A stretch of 50,122 nt of DNA from a virus (lineage: Duplodnaviria; Caudoviricetes): the IMG/VR virus record IMGVR_UViG_3300031673_000076, positions 1-50,122 of that record. The stretch is one strand, 5' to 3'. Below the pieces are notes generated by a model. That model made no database searches. It saw nothing but the letters and a program-made list of their open reading frames with translations, and was not told where the DNA came from. Shown in pieces: positions 37,321 to 45,704 of this stretch. Positions within the stretch are counted from its first letter, which is position 1. Each line of letters opens with the position of its first letter. A program made the translations under genes and the position numbers.

Positions 37321-38257
37321 TAATGCTTATGAGATATGGAACATGAATATGAAAATCTGGTTCTTTTTGTTGCCGTTCACGAAGGTAATCAATGACTTGC
37401 AAGAAATATGCAGTGTCCACACCAGTAAGTTGATCTTCAAGTACATTGACATCACACAAATCGAGTTCACTTAATTGCAGACATATCTTCAACATCTGTC
37501 CTGCATTAATATGCCAACCATGCTTGATGAATTTACGGACACGTATAAATGAACATACTGGATATAAAGAACCGACATATCGGAGTTCTTTTGCGAGAAT
37601 ACTTTCTAAAGCTTCGGGTCGAAGCGTAAGTTTTCCTCCATCTGATTCCCAATAATTTGTACAATGCACAAAATCATAGTTCTTGTGAATTTCATCTGCA
37701 TTGCCACAGAAACGAACAATAAGTTGAATTTGGTTTGATAAAGTGATAGCGTTGGACGTCATAAATACTGGACGATATTTCTCTTTTTCAATTTTATCCA
37801 GTTCCTCACCATCGAGTCCATCGGCATCTGTAAGAATATCTTGCATAATGCCAGCCACATAATCCTCACCTTCCTCAAGAGGTCTGCCTTCAAAAAAACG
37901 GTATTGACTCTCAGGTGTTTTTTCCCCGGCTATACCAACCGAATTTATTTGTATACGTACTCTATTACCATCTGATTGAATAAATGGATTGATATTACGT
38001 CCACACTGGCTACCTTCTATACTATGCAGTTTCTTGAATTCATTTACATAATATTCTGCTACCAGTTTTAATGTCTCAAAATTAGTGAAATAAATATCAA
38101 AGTCATTTACCTTTTCATTCATGAGCAATGAGACAATAGCCCCTCCCGTAATAATGGTATTCTTTCTTACTGCCTCTTGAAGAGCAGTATCATGGATTGA
38201 GTTTACCCATTCATTAAATTTCTTTGATAGTACAGCTTTAACAATTCGACGATTCAT
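37304..38257 (-). CDS. Pol-beta superfamily nucleotidyltransferase-like protein
   Basis: ITGGAI.SLL....VNDFDIYF (GG...DxD); NAITL, IQL, YDFVHC; R..KF...G. Confidence 0.7.
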   Translation of the reverse strand: MNRRIVKAVLSKKFNEWVNSIHDTALQEAVRKNTIITGGAIVSLLMNEKVNDFDIYFTNFETLKLVAEYYVNEFKKLHSIEGSQCGRNINPFIQSDGNRVRIQINSVGIAGEKTPESQYRFFEGRPLEEGEDYVAGIMQDILTDADGLDGEELDKIEKEKYRPVFMTSNAITLSNQIQLIVRFCGNADEIHKNYDFVHCTNYWESDGGKLTLRPEALESILAKELRYVGSLYPVCSFIRVRKFIKHGWHINAGQMLKICLQLSELDLCDVNVLEDQLTGVDTAYFLQVIDYLRERQQKEPDFHIHVPYLISIIDKIF

Positions 38258-38321
38258 GTTAATACCTTTCTTTTTTGTTAATTTCCAACATGTATAAAAT
38301 TGCCCCTTTTTTATACTGACA

Positions 38322-38591
38322 TCAGTTTCTGTTTAGTTTAAATTTAACACCATGAATCTCAAGAATCGGCTTGACTACAAGAACGGAAAGGAAGCTATGC
38401 CCGAACTTCGAACACTGTGCACGGGCTTCAACGATCCCCTGATTAAACGGCTGGTCGAATTCGTATCCATTGTAAGCGAATATCCGGCTCTGGACATGCC
38501 CGTTTGCAGTCGTGTAGACAACACGGTAAAGGTCGCCGTGATACGGATTTGGGAATAGACTTTTGATTGAGGATGTCATTTCATGCCTCAC
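38322..38591 (-). CDS. Hypothetical protein
   Basis: Translationally coupled ORF. Confidence 0.4.
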   Translation of the reverse strand: MRHEMTSSIKSLFPNPYHGDLYRVVYTTANGHVQSRIFAYNGYEFDQPFNQGIVEARAQCSKFGHSFLSVLVVKPILEIHGVKFKLNRN

Positions 38592-38845
38592 AGTCGATTG
38601 AAGATTTCCATGCTCTCGGAAAGCGATTTAGGAATAAATGGAACATTTGGTTTTGATACAATTTTCTGAGATTGAAGGAAACGAGAATTTACGGGAATCC
38701 TCCATAATGCCCGTCCATTTGAACCGAAGTTCTTTGCGCCGTCAATCTCACCATAACGGCACTTTTTACGAATCGTCTGTTGAGTTAATTGAACAAGCCG
38801 GGCAACTTGACCAACTGCCAAAAATTGTGGAGAATCATTGTTCAT
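38588..38845 (-). CDS. Excisionase-like HTH protein
   Basis: FL.V.QVA......QTIR..C..G.I.GA...G.....WRIP. Confidence 0.75.
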   Translation of the reverse strand: MNNDSPQFLAVGQVARLVQLTQQTIRKKCRYGEIDGAKNFGSNGRALWRIPVNSRFLQSQKIVSKPNVPFIPKSLSESMEIFNRL

Positions 38846-38904
38846 TGTTATGTGCCCTTGAAATTGTTAAGAAGGCATCTACAATGCGTCAGGTTGAACA
38901 ATCT

Positions 38905-39117
38905 CTATTGAAGTGGTACATTATTATCATTACCATTATCCTCAATGGATTCAGCAGCCTGGTCAAAGAAATCACTAACCTTGCCCTTGAAAACTATTTG
39001 ATTAAGTATCGGATTGGATTTGACAACAATTTCAGTCAATGTTTTATTTGCTTTCTCATTGTCTTTATTTGTCTTACAGATGGGACAGTCTACGTGATAA
39101 CCAAAATGATGAGGCAT
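38905..39117 (-). CDS. Hypothetical protein
   Basis: AAGGAG RBS; CPIC. Confidence 0.5.
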   Translation of the reverse strand: MPHHFGYHVDCPICKTNKDNEKANKTLTEIVVKSNPILNQIVFKGKVSDFFDQAAESIEDNGNDNNVPLQ

Positions 39118-39118
39118 G

Positions 39119-39334
39119 TCATATCTCCTTATTATTGTCAGAGGGGAGCACCCGACCAGTATGCTCCCCTCCTATATCCAGCCGGAGATGGGAATGAAAC
39201 GCACTGTGTGATACGTCTTTTGCACCAACGGCGGATAATGCCATGTCCAGATTGAATTGGCAGATTCTCAGATTTTCATTGATTATTTTTGCTTTCTCAA
39301 TACATTTGTCAAGTTCGGAGAGGTGGTCGGTCAT
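39119..39334 (-). CDS. Hypothetical protein
   Basis: ORF in the early operon; its 3' part overlaps a strong hairpin. Confidence 0.4.
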   Translation of the reverse strand: MTDHLSELDKCIEKAKIINENLRICQFNLDMALSAVGAKDVSHSAFHSHLRLDIGGEHTGRVLPSDNNKEI

Positions 39335-39342
39335 GTGGTACC

Positions 39343-39654
39343 TTATTTTGCGATGGGTTCTGAAGATATAAGGGCGATTTTTTGTGAATGTAATCTGTCA
39401 AGTAAATATTGAGGATCATTACTTAAGTATCTGATTTCCTCTAAATTTGTAGTTTCCTTGTTTTTAAAAAACCATTGATTCTCATGAATGATTTGTTTGG
39501 ACGGACTGTCAAATTTAGTACTGTTAAAAATACAGGTGAATATGGCAGCGAGATTGGAATTTGAATTAAAATCAATTAGAACAGTACATCCATGATAGGG
39601 ACGGTAGTATTCAATTTGTTTCAGTCGGAGTTCGGCCTTGTTATCTTTGCACAT
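39343..39654 (-). CDS. Hypothetical protein
   Basis: ORF following the cro-like gene. Confidence 0.45.
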   Translation of the reverse strand: MCKDNKAELRLKQIEYYRPYHGCTVLIDFNSNSNLAAIFTCIFNSTKFDSPSKQIIHENQWFFKNKETTNLEEIRYLSNDPQYLLDRLHSQKIALISSEPIAK

Positions 39655-39665
39655 GATTGAGCACC

Positions 39666-39911
39666 TTATGAGGTTACGAGTTCTTTTCCTGTTATTTTGG
39701 CAACTATTTCATATTTGTGTTTATTGAACCAGTCATCAATTATTCGTTGGGAAAGTTTGTTTGGGGTGCTTTTACCCATGACGATCTTGTGAAGTGTTTT
39801 CCAAGACATACCAGTTTCTTCAAAGAAACGTGTTCCAAATTCATCCCACGTTTCACGGAGAGCAACCCTATATTCATCAATTATAAAGTATTTATTTTGC
39901 ATTAATTTCAC
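39666..39911 (-). CDS. Cro-like HTH repressor
   Basis: First gene divergent from cI; ETGMSWKTLHKIVMGK.TP. Confidence 0.65.
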   Translation of the reverse strand: MKLMQNKYFIIDEYRVALRETWDEFGTRFFEETGMSWKTLHKIVMGKSTPNKLSQRIIDDWFNKHKYEIVAKITGKELVTS

Positions 39912-39933
39912 CTTTCATTGAAGTGTTAAATAT

Positions 39934-39962
39934 AAAATATACCATTAGGATTAGTTTGTCAA
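39934..39962 (-). promoter_or_regulatory. Early lytic promoter
   Basis: TTGACA-N17-TATTTT upstream of the cro-like gene. Confidence 0.65.
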
Positions 39963-40020
39963 GGGAAAAATGAGAATTTATTGAATTATTTTTAATAATA
40001 ATTATCCTATTGGTATATTT
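39935..40020. promoter_or_regulatory. Inverted pair of putative operators ATCCTAWTGGTATATTT
   Basis: 39935-39951 (minus) and 40004-40020 (plus), 16/17 identical, in the cro-cI gap. Confidence 0.55.
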
Positions 40021-40067
40021 ATAAGTATTTACTTGACTTATAAAATTTTATATATGAAATTACTGTT

Positions 40068-40823
40068 ATGAATAATCGTGAAATAATAGATAGTTGGATT
40101 GAATTGATTAGAGCAAAAACAGGGCTAAATAAATATGGCTATAAGAATTTAGCTGTAGATTCTGATATATCGCCTACATATTTGTCTGGAATTGTTAATG
40201 ATATAAAGAATATCGGGAAAAAAACGGAAAGAAATCTTGCCAGAGGTATAAATAAAAGAACGAATTTTGATGTACATCACAGTGATATTTGTAGAGGTGC
40301 TGGATATTATGAGAATAGAAAACGTGTAGAAGAAACTTATAGATTTGCCACAGAAAATAGTGTCAGTGAAGCCATTGAAAAACTTAAAACTCCACCAATC
40401 GACTCAAATGTCAGTTTTATTGAAATTGATTTGACCGATACCATACCATTATTAGTAAAGTGTAGGGTAGGTGCTGGTACTTATTGGGTGGACTCATACC
40501 CTGTGGGTGAAGGTATCGGCGAAGTTCCCCGTTATGGCGTAAAAGGCAAAAGGGTTTTCGCAGTCGAAGTTGACGGGGAATCTATGTTGCCCGATCTTCA
40601 AAATGGTGATATATTGATAATTGATTCTGATAAGATTTTTACAGATGTCAAGGGCGGGATCGCAGTTATTAGGCACGGTGATGACAGGATATTGATTCGG
40701 AAAGTTTTTATTAGAGGTGATTATTATTTACTTGAACCATCTAACAAGGAATATGAACCTGACCTTATACCATGCAAAGAAGTGCAGTTATATAAAATCG
40801 TAAAATCAGTGAGGTCTTGGTAA
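40068..40823 (+). CDS. cI: CI-like repressor (HTH plus S24 autopeptidase)
   Basis: N-terminal HTH; Ala-Gly site in VGAG; V.GESM.P catalytic Ser; IRKV Lys. Confidence 0.9.
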   Translation: MNNREIIDSWIELIRAKTGLNKYGYKNLAVDSDISPTYLSGIVNDIKNIGKKTERNLARGINKRTNFDVHHSDICRGAGYYENRKRVEETYRFATENSVSEAIEKLKTPPIDSNVSFIEIDLTDTIPLLVKCRVGAGTYWVDSYPVGEGIGEVPRYGVKGKRVFAVEVDGESMLPDLQNGDILIIDSDKIFTDVKGGIAVIRHGDDRILIRKVFIRGDYYLLEPSNKEYEPDLIPCKEVQLYKIVKSVRSW

Positions 40824-40824
40824 A

Positions 40825-41178
40825 ATGGAAACAACAATATTATTATGGTTGTTATTCGGTTTTATCTCCGCCATTGTGGGTGCAAAAAAAGGCGAAGGTT
40901 GTCTGGGATTTATATTCGGTGTTCTTCTGGGGCCAATCGGATTATTGATTGTGATTGCATCTTCTGGAAACCGAAAGATATGTCCTTATTGCAAATCGAA
41001 AGTTCACAAAGATGCTTTGGTATGTCCGCACTGCCAAAGGGATTTAAAGTCAAATATCTCAGTCATTGGTATATCCAATATTCCAGAATATAAGGAATCA
41101 ACAAGTCATAGTTGGTTTTGGAGCTTACTGGGGAAAGAATATGGTAGATTGCAAGTATATCTAAGGAAAAAAGAATGA
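40825..41178 (+). CDS. Membrane protein with zinc ribbon (lysogeny accessory)
   Basis: Two hydrophobic helices (LLGPIGLLIV) plus CPYC...CPHC. Confidence 0.75.
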   Translation: METTILLWLLFGFISAIVGAKKGEGCLGFIFGVLLGPIGLLIVIASSGNRKICPYCKSKVHKDALVCPHCQRDLKSNISVIGISNIPEYKESTSHSWFWSLLGKEYGRLQVYLRKKE

Positions 41179-41414
41179 TGCAAAGATGGCTTGCCATGAT
41201 AAACAACGGGTTCGGTCGCTGTCAGGAATGTCTGAAACCATTCTACTATTCATGGTGGCTGACAACCAGGTTCCCTCTTAAATGTCGATTCTGCGGGAAG
41301 GATGCCGTCCTTCGTGTGGAGCGTGGCGAGCTTTCTCCTGACGATCAGATCATTATCTACAATGAAATTAAACGCCTCGAAGATGCGCATATTAAAGATT
41401 TCTCAATACAATGA
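41175..41414 (+). CDS. Small zinc-ribbon protein
   Basis: CQEC...CRFC; ATGA-coupled on both sides. Confidence 0.6.
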   Translation: MMQRWLAMINNGFGRCQECLKPFYYSWWLTTRFPLKCRFCGKDAVLRVERGELSPDDQIIIYNEIKRLEDAHIKDFSIQ

Positions 41415-42496
41415 ACCCTCTGAATAAACCGACTCTCTATAAACGCAAGGACTCGAACTGGTGGTGGTCATCTTGGTATACTGATGGCAAGCAAAAACGT
41501 AAATCCCTAAAAAAACTTAACCTCTCAATAGACAGGTATTCCAAAGAGGAAGCCGAAGATATACTTAATGGTCATCTCGGTATTATCCCGCCAGTTCCTG
41601 ATCGTGGAGATGAAACTCTTGCTTGGCTCAGGGATAAGTTCTTGCTCACAATCGAAAGAGAAGGCGTGAGAGAAACCACGGTCATAGTATATCGTGCAGC
41701 CGTTAATCATCTTATATCTCTTCTCGGTGAGGACTTTCCAGTATCGGAAGTGTCAAAAATACCTCACGTCAAAAAATATCAGAACTATCTATTTGATAAA
41801 GGTCAGAGGTCCACATCTATAAATTCTAAATGCAGGAGTCTAAGAGCCATATTTCAAAGGCTTTTAGACAATAATATCATAACTGACAACCCATTTAAGC
41901 GGTTCAAGTCATTACGTGAAGTTAATTTATATAAAAACAATAACTTTCTTACAATAGAGCAGATTAATAAATTCTTTGAAGAGGTCCACAGGGCAAGAAA
42001 TCAGGAGAATGTAAGGTTATTCAGGATTCTTCTTTTTACCGGCAGGCGGGTAACTGAGATACTCGAACTTGGGCGGGAAGATATTGACACTGACAATAAA
42101 AGATTCCAGCCCATGAACATAAAAGACAAAAATAAAGTAAAACGGTGGAAGGCGATGCCGGGTGAAGTCATTGAGGATTTTCAATTTTTCATTAACCAAT
42201 ACCCTTTCAGTAAATTCCCTTTACAGATATGCCGGCGTGATACATTGACGAAAACGTTCAGGCGGTGGCGTATAAGAGCAGGATTGCCGTCAAATATCCA
42301 CTTACATTCCCTCAGACATAGTTTCGTAACCCATGCCCTGGATCATGGCGAGCCAGTTTGGAAAATCAAAGACTACCTTGACCACTCTACGGTACTTGTC
42401 ACCGAAGGCTATGCTCACACCCATGTAACCGAAACGGTTGAAACGGGGATAAAAATGCCTGTGACAAGTGCACAAAGGGGAATTAGAAAACGGTAA
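41411..42496 (+). CDS. int: Tyrosine integrase
   Basis: TGRR..EI, HSLRHSF, LDH......T..YAH; SAM-like core-binding domain; N-terminal arm-binding domain. Confidence 0.95.
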   Translation: MNPLNKPTLYKRKDSNWWWSSWYTDGKQKRKSLKKLNLSIDRYSKEEAEDILNGHLGIIPPVPDRGDETLAWLRDKFLLTIEREGVRETTVIVYRAAVNHLISLLGEDFPVSEVSKIPHVKKYQNYLFDKGQRSTSINSKCRSLRAIFQRLLDNNIITDNPFKRFKSLREVNLYKNNNFLTIEQINKFFEEVHRARNQENVRLFRILLFTGRRVTEILELGREDIDTDNKRFQPMNIKDKNKVKRWKAMPGEVIEDFQFFINQYPFSKFPLQICRRDTLTKTFRRWRIRAGLPSNIHLHSLRHSFVTHALDHGEPVWKIKDYLDHSTVLVTEGYAHTHVTETVETGIKMPVTSAQRGIRKR

Positions 42497-42523
42497 AATG
42501 TGATTAGTGCCGTGATTACTGCC
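42461..42523 (+). repeat. Putative integrase arm-type sites
   Basis: GTGACAAGTGCA (42461), GTGATTAGTGCC (42500), GTGATTACTGCC (42512); GTGATT/AATCAC recurs at 42665, 42679 and 42720. Confidence 0.5.
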
Positions 42524-42557
42524 CCTGCAATTCCAATAATATCATAGACTGTCAGTA

Positions 42558-42615
42558 AGACTTAAAATCTCGGGGGCTTTATGCCTGTACGGGTTCGATT
42601 CCCGTTCCCGGTACA
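42558..42615 (+). other. attP core: 3' half of tRNA-Leu(UAA)
   Basis: AGA-CTTAAAA-TCT anticodon loop, long variable arm, ACGGG-TTCGATT-CCCGT T-arm and 3' acceptor strand; 5' half absent; immediately downstream of int. Confidence 0.88.
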
Positions 42616-42621
42616 ATAAGC

Positions 42622-42662
42622 AAGGCACATCGGAGGGTTTGACTCTTCAGTGCCTTTTCTTT
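42622..42662 (+). terminator. Terminator after the tRNA fragment
   Basis: AAGGCAC...GTGCCTT followed by TTCTTT. Confidence 0.5.
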
Positions 42663-42731
42663 ACAATCACGATTTAAGGTGATTTATGATGCTTATCTGT
42701 CAATCATAAATAAGGATTTAATCACGTTTTG

Positions 42732-43406
42732 TTACAGTTTTAAACTTGGCTGAAAGGCTATTTTTAATTTGTAACCTTTTATCCTATTTTCTGTTCCCCA
42801 CATTGGTTGTAAATTACTTAATGCCCAACATCTCTTGAAATCAAGATGTTCAGGTGAATCAAAATTAAATGCAGATATTGGAATTTTATGATCGATTTCC
42901 CATTCACCGTAATTATCCCAACTCATGCCTTTTGTAAATTGTTTCTCAAGATGTCTTTTGAGTTTATTCAAAGTATAACCTACGAGATTTTCCCAATGAC
43001 ATCCTTTTTTATTACCATTTAATGAAAAGCTTATTGCACTTGATATATTACCATTGAGTCTATATTTTATATTGGTTTTTCTTTTCTCTTTGAGATATTT
43101 AGAAAAATATATATTTCTTTTATTGCACAAATAATCTATTTCTTGAGCTGGTGTTAATATTATTTTATTTGATAAATCAAGTAAAGATTTTTCTAAATCT
43201 ATAGAATCGATAAGACCCAAATAATTATTTAATATTCCTATTGCTTCCTCTTTAGTATGTTTATCAATTAATAATCCTATCTTTTTGCAGGACTTTCTTT
43301 TTTGTTTGCCTTCGATATACCATGAATACCACCACCATCTTGAATCTGGGCGTTTATATAAGTTGGGTTTATTATATTCATTTTCTGATATTCGGGTTTC
43401 TTTCAT
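42732..43406 (-). CDS. HNH (endonuclease VII-like) nuclease fused to a copy of the integrase N-terminal domain
   Basis: HLEKQF..GMSWDNYG.WEIDHKIP...NLQPMW..EN..K; residues 12-66 are 37/55 identical to integrase residues 5-59. Confidence 0.88.
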   Translation of the reverse strand: MKETRISENEYNKPNLYKRPDSRWWWYSWYIEGKQKRKSCKKIGLLIDKHTKEEAIGILNNYLGLIDSIDLEKSLLDLSNKIILTPAQEIDYLCNKRNIYFSKYLKEKRKTNIKYRLNGNISSAISFSLNGNKKGCHWENLVGYTLNKLKRHLEKQFTKGMSWDNYGEWEIDHKIPISAFNFDSPEHLDFKRCWALSNLQPMWGTENRIKGYKLKIAFQPSLKL

Positions 43407-43412
43407 CGCTCC

Positions 43413-43601
43413 TCACTTTCTTTTAGTCCAATATCTCACAAAAGAATCATTACAAAACCTCACATAATTCGATCTTACATTAAGAGGATAATAACCTCTT
43501 CTTTCGCAATAATCCTTTACTTGTTTCCATGTTGCGCCAGTTGTTTGACGTAACCTTCTAACTACAAAAATCCAATTAGCTATTTCCATTTCACTCCTCA
43601 C
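43413..43601 (-). CDS. Hypothetical protein (possible HTH)
   Basis: GAGGAG RBS. Confidence 0.55.
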   Translation of the reverse strand: MRSEMEIANWIFVVRRLRQTTGATWKQVKDYCERRGYYPLNVRSNYVRFCNDSFVRYWTKRK

Positions 43602-43606
43602 TTTCT

Positions 43607-43855
43607 TTATTCCGTTGCAATAAGTTCATTGTTAAGATAAACTTTCGATATATTTACTTCATCAGTTTTCCAACCAATATCACTGTTTCTCCATCTTCTG
43701 AAAAATTCAAGTTCGGCAAGTTTTTGATCATGAGCATTCACTACTACCGAACCAACGACAATTGCATCCCACTCAAATTTGAATTTCATTTCACACCTCG
43801 CTTTTTGGCTTCCTGCCAAGTTCACTTTCGCTTCTCGGAATCTGCCATTTGGCAC
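43607..43855 (-). CDS. Hypothetical protein (likely start MKFKFEW)
   Basis: GAGGTG RBS before the internal Met. Confidence 0.45.
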   Translation of the reverse strand: MPNGRFREAKVNLAGSQKARCEMKFKFEWDAIVVGSVVVNAHDQKLAELEFFRRWRNSDIGWKTDEVNISKVYLNNELIATE

Positions 43856-44168
43856 TTCCGCATTTAGGGCACTGACCGGGAACTGGTGTACGTTTATACC
43901 AAAAGTTATGGCATCTCAGGCAATGACATAATGCAGGATCATTCAATTTTTCAAAGCAAAATACACAAACGTAGCGTTTGCCTTTCGGAGTATCAACCGT
44001 GTAATCGTCATTTGCTTTGATTGGACGGTTACAGAATTCGCAAGCAAGTTGCATGTGGAATATTGGCTGACCGTTTTCATCAACTACAATTGATTCATCA
44101 GCGATTATTTTCTTTTCGTTTTTCATTTCATTCCTCTTCATTAAAATATTTCTCTTCAAATTCATCAC
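43791..44168 (-). CDS. Double zinc-finger protein
   Basis: CEFC, CVFC, CLRC, CPKC. Confidence 0.65.
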   Translation of the reverse strand: MMNLKRNILMKRNEMKNEKKIIADESIVVDENGQPIFHMQLACEFCNRPIKANDDYTVDTPKGKRYVCVFCFEKLNDPALCHCLRCHNFWYKRTPVPGQCPKCGSAKWQIPRSESELGRKPKSEV

Positions 44169-44439
44169 ATATCATCAAGGCATCCCATACACCTTCATTC
44201 AATACCTTTTTACCTTCCTCTTTGTGTGACATATTAAAGAGTTCACGTTTTAACTGATTAAATTCAGATTCTGCATGAATCAAGTAATCAATTTCTTCAC
44301 CGTCAATCTGGCGAGCAAGATAACCAGTTATGCCAGTCAGTTTGACATCCGCATCCATATTGATTACATGGCTTGTTTTGTTGATAATGATGCTCTCGAT
44401 TTCTTTGAGTCTTTTTTCTGTTAATTCTGTCGGTTTCAT
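44128..44439 (-). CDS. Hypothetical protein, first gene of a separately promoted operon
   Basis: AAGGA RBS directly after a promoter. Confidence 0.6.
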   Translation of the reverse strand: MKPTELTEKRLKEIESIIINKTSHVINMDADVKLTGITGYLARQIDGEEIDYLIHAESEFNQLKRELFNMSHKEEGKKVLNEGVWDALMICDEFEEKYFNEEE

Positions 44440-44464
44440 TGTTTTTTCCTTCTTTCTGAAATAT

Positions 44465-44493
44465 AAAATAGCATATATTCAGGAATATGTCAA
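44465..44493 (-). promoter_or_regulatory. Sigma70-type promoter with extended -10
   Basis: TTGACA-N14-TGC-TATTTT; same CCCTTGACA...TATTTTATATT context as the promoter at 39934-39962. Confidence 0.7.
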
Positions 44494-44558
44494 GGGGAAT
44501 CGTATAATCATTAAAAGATTTTCAGAATTATTTATACGTGTGAAAGGAATTACACGAA

Positions 44559-44601
44559 TAAAAAACCCTGCAAGGTGAAGAGGAAAAAACCTTACAGGGT
44601 T
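44559..44601 (-). terminator. Terminator at the end of the late/lysis transcript
   Basis: AACCCTGTAAGG.../CCTTGCAGGGTT followed by a T-run. Confidence 0.7.
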
Positions 44602-44644
44602 GCTGACACACCGAGTGGGGAGTGTCGTTAAATTATACCAGATT

Positions 44645-45022
44645 TTAAGCAGGAACTTTGCCTCCAAACACTTCAATAATTGAACCTGCAAATTCCTGAA
44701 CGTCTTTCCAAATTGCAGCTTTCTCTTCATCTGTTATATCTTTGCCACCGGGACTATTAGGGCGGCGGGCGTTTCGTGCTGTCTGGTAAATATCAATAGC
44801 TTTTTGAACTGGTATTTTGCTTTTTAATATTCTTTTACCCCAGACGGATCCGCCCCAGAAACCAGCAATAAACATAAATACTAAACCTATAATAGATTGT
44901 AGCGCATTATCTACGATCCATCCCTTCGTAGAACTTAAAACACCTGCGGATGCCAGACCCGCAATCAGAAATAACAATGCGAAAATAAACATGATGTTCA
45001 GTAATCTTTTCATAATAATCAT
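44645..45022 (-). CDS. Holin-like membrane protein
   Basis: Two hydrophobic segments and a charged C-terminus; lysis cluster. Confidence 0.55.
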   Translation of the reverse strand: MIIMKRLLNIMFIFALLFLIAGLASAGVLSSTKGWIVDNALQSIIGLVFMFIAGFWGGSVWGKRILKSKIPVQKAIDIYQTARNARRPNSPGGKDITDEEKAAIWKDVQEFAGSIIEVFGGKVPA

Positions 45023-45030
45023 CTCCCTGT

Positions 45031-45321
45031 TTAAATTATGTTATCCCATTCCCAAAAATCAATATGTCGCAGAAACCGATACGTTACTTCCCATATAATA
45101 CATGCAGAGACCGTCAAGATTGACATAGGAACGATTTTAAGCTGCCCGGTGATATAAAGTATGTACCCGAATGGTAAAGCATAACTGCACCATTTCAAGG
45201 CGTGCCATAATAGATTTAATTTCTCAGCCCCCTTTCCGTGATCAATGGCGTCCATACAGGCGTTTAAAAACCATGAAAAAAGAATTATGAATATTGCTAT
45301 TTTCACTTTACACTTCTCCAT
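45031..45321 (-). CDS. Membrane protein of the lysis cluster
   Basis: Three hydrophobic segments; A.MD...WH..KW. Confidence 0.55.
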   Translation of the reverse strand: MEKCKVKIAIFIILFSWFLNACMDAIDHGKGAEKLNLLWHALKWCSYALPFGYILYITGQLKIVPMSILTVSACIIWEVTYRFLRHIDFWEWDNII

Positions 45322-45704
45322 AGTATTGGTCTTGTGTCAAGATGAATGAATGTCGAATGTTTCTCGATACCCCCAAATATAAGTTCTAAAGCCATCCCGT
45401 GCATCGCCCCCAACCGCCTAATGAACTCATCGTCGTCCACGCCGCCACTCCATCCCGGTCTCGCATCAGTGGCGAAATCCATGTGCCACGACCCCTTCGA
45501 CCCTCCTATCGCCTTATTATGTTCCAAACACCTGTACCCGGAATTGATCACGATGGCGAACCCTAACCGTTGACGTGCCGTCTCCAGCTTCTCCATGTGG
45601 CGAAACAGGATGTCCCCAATGCGTATTCGCTGGCAGCACGGGCACCGGCACTCCCTCAGCGTGAAATGGTCGGTTATGCTTTCATTGGCGGTTATTGCCA
45701 TCAT
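45303..45704 (-). CDS. Peptidase M15 family endolysin
   Basis: HF...E..C.CC, INSGYRC..HN..IGG...S.H....D, FIHLDTR. Confidence 0.9.
   Translation of the reverse strand: MMAITANESITDHFTLRECRCPCCQRIRIGDILFRHMEKLETARQRLGFAIVINSGYRCLEHNKAIGGSKGSWHMDFATDARPGWSGGVDDDEFIRRLGAMHGMALELIFGGIEKHSTFIHLDTRPILWRSVK

Noticed and set aside
42540-42615. Functional phage-encoded tRNA-Leu
   Set aside because: The 5' acceptor strand and D arm are missing; better explained as the attP core
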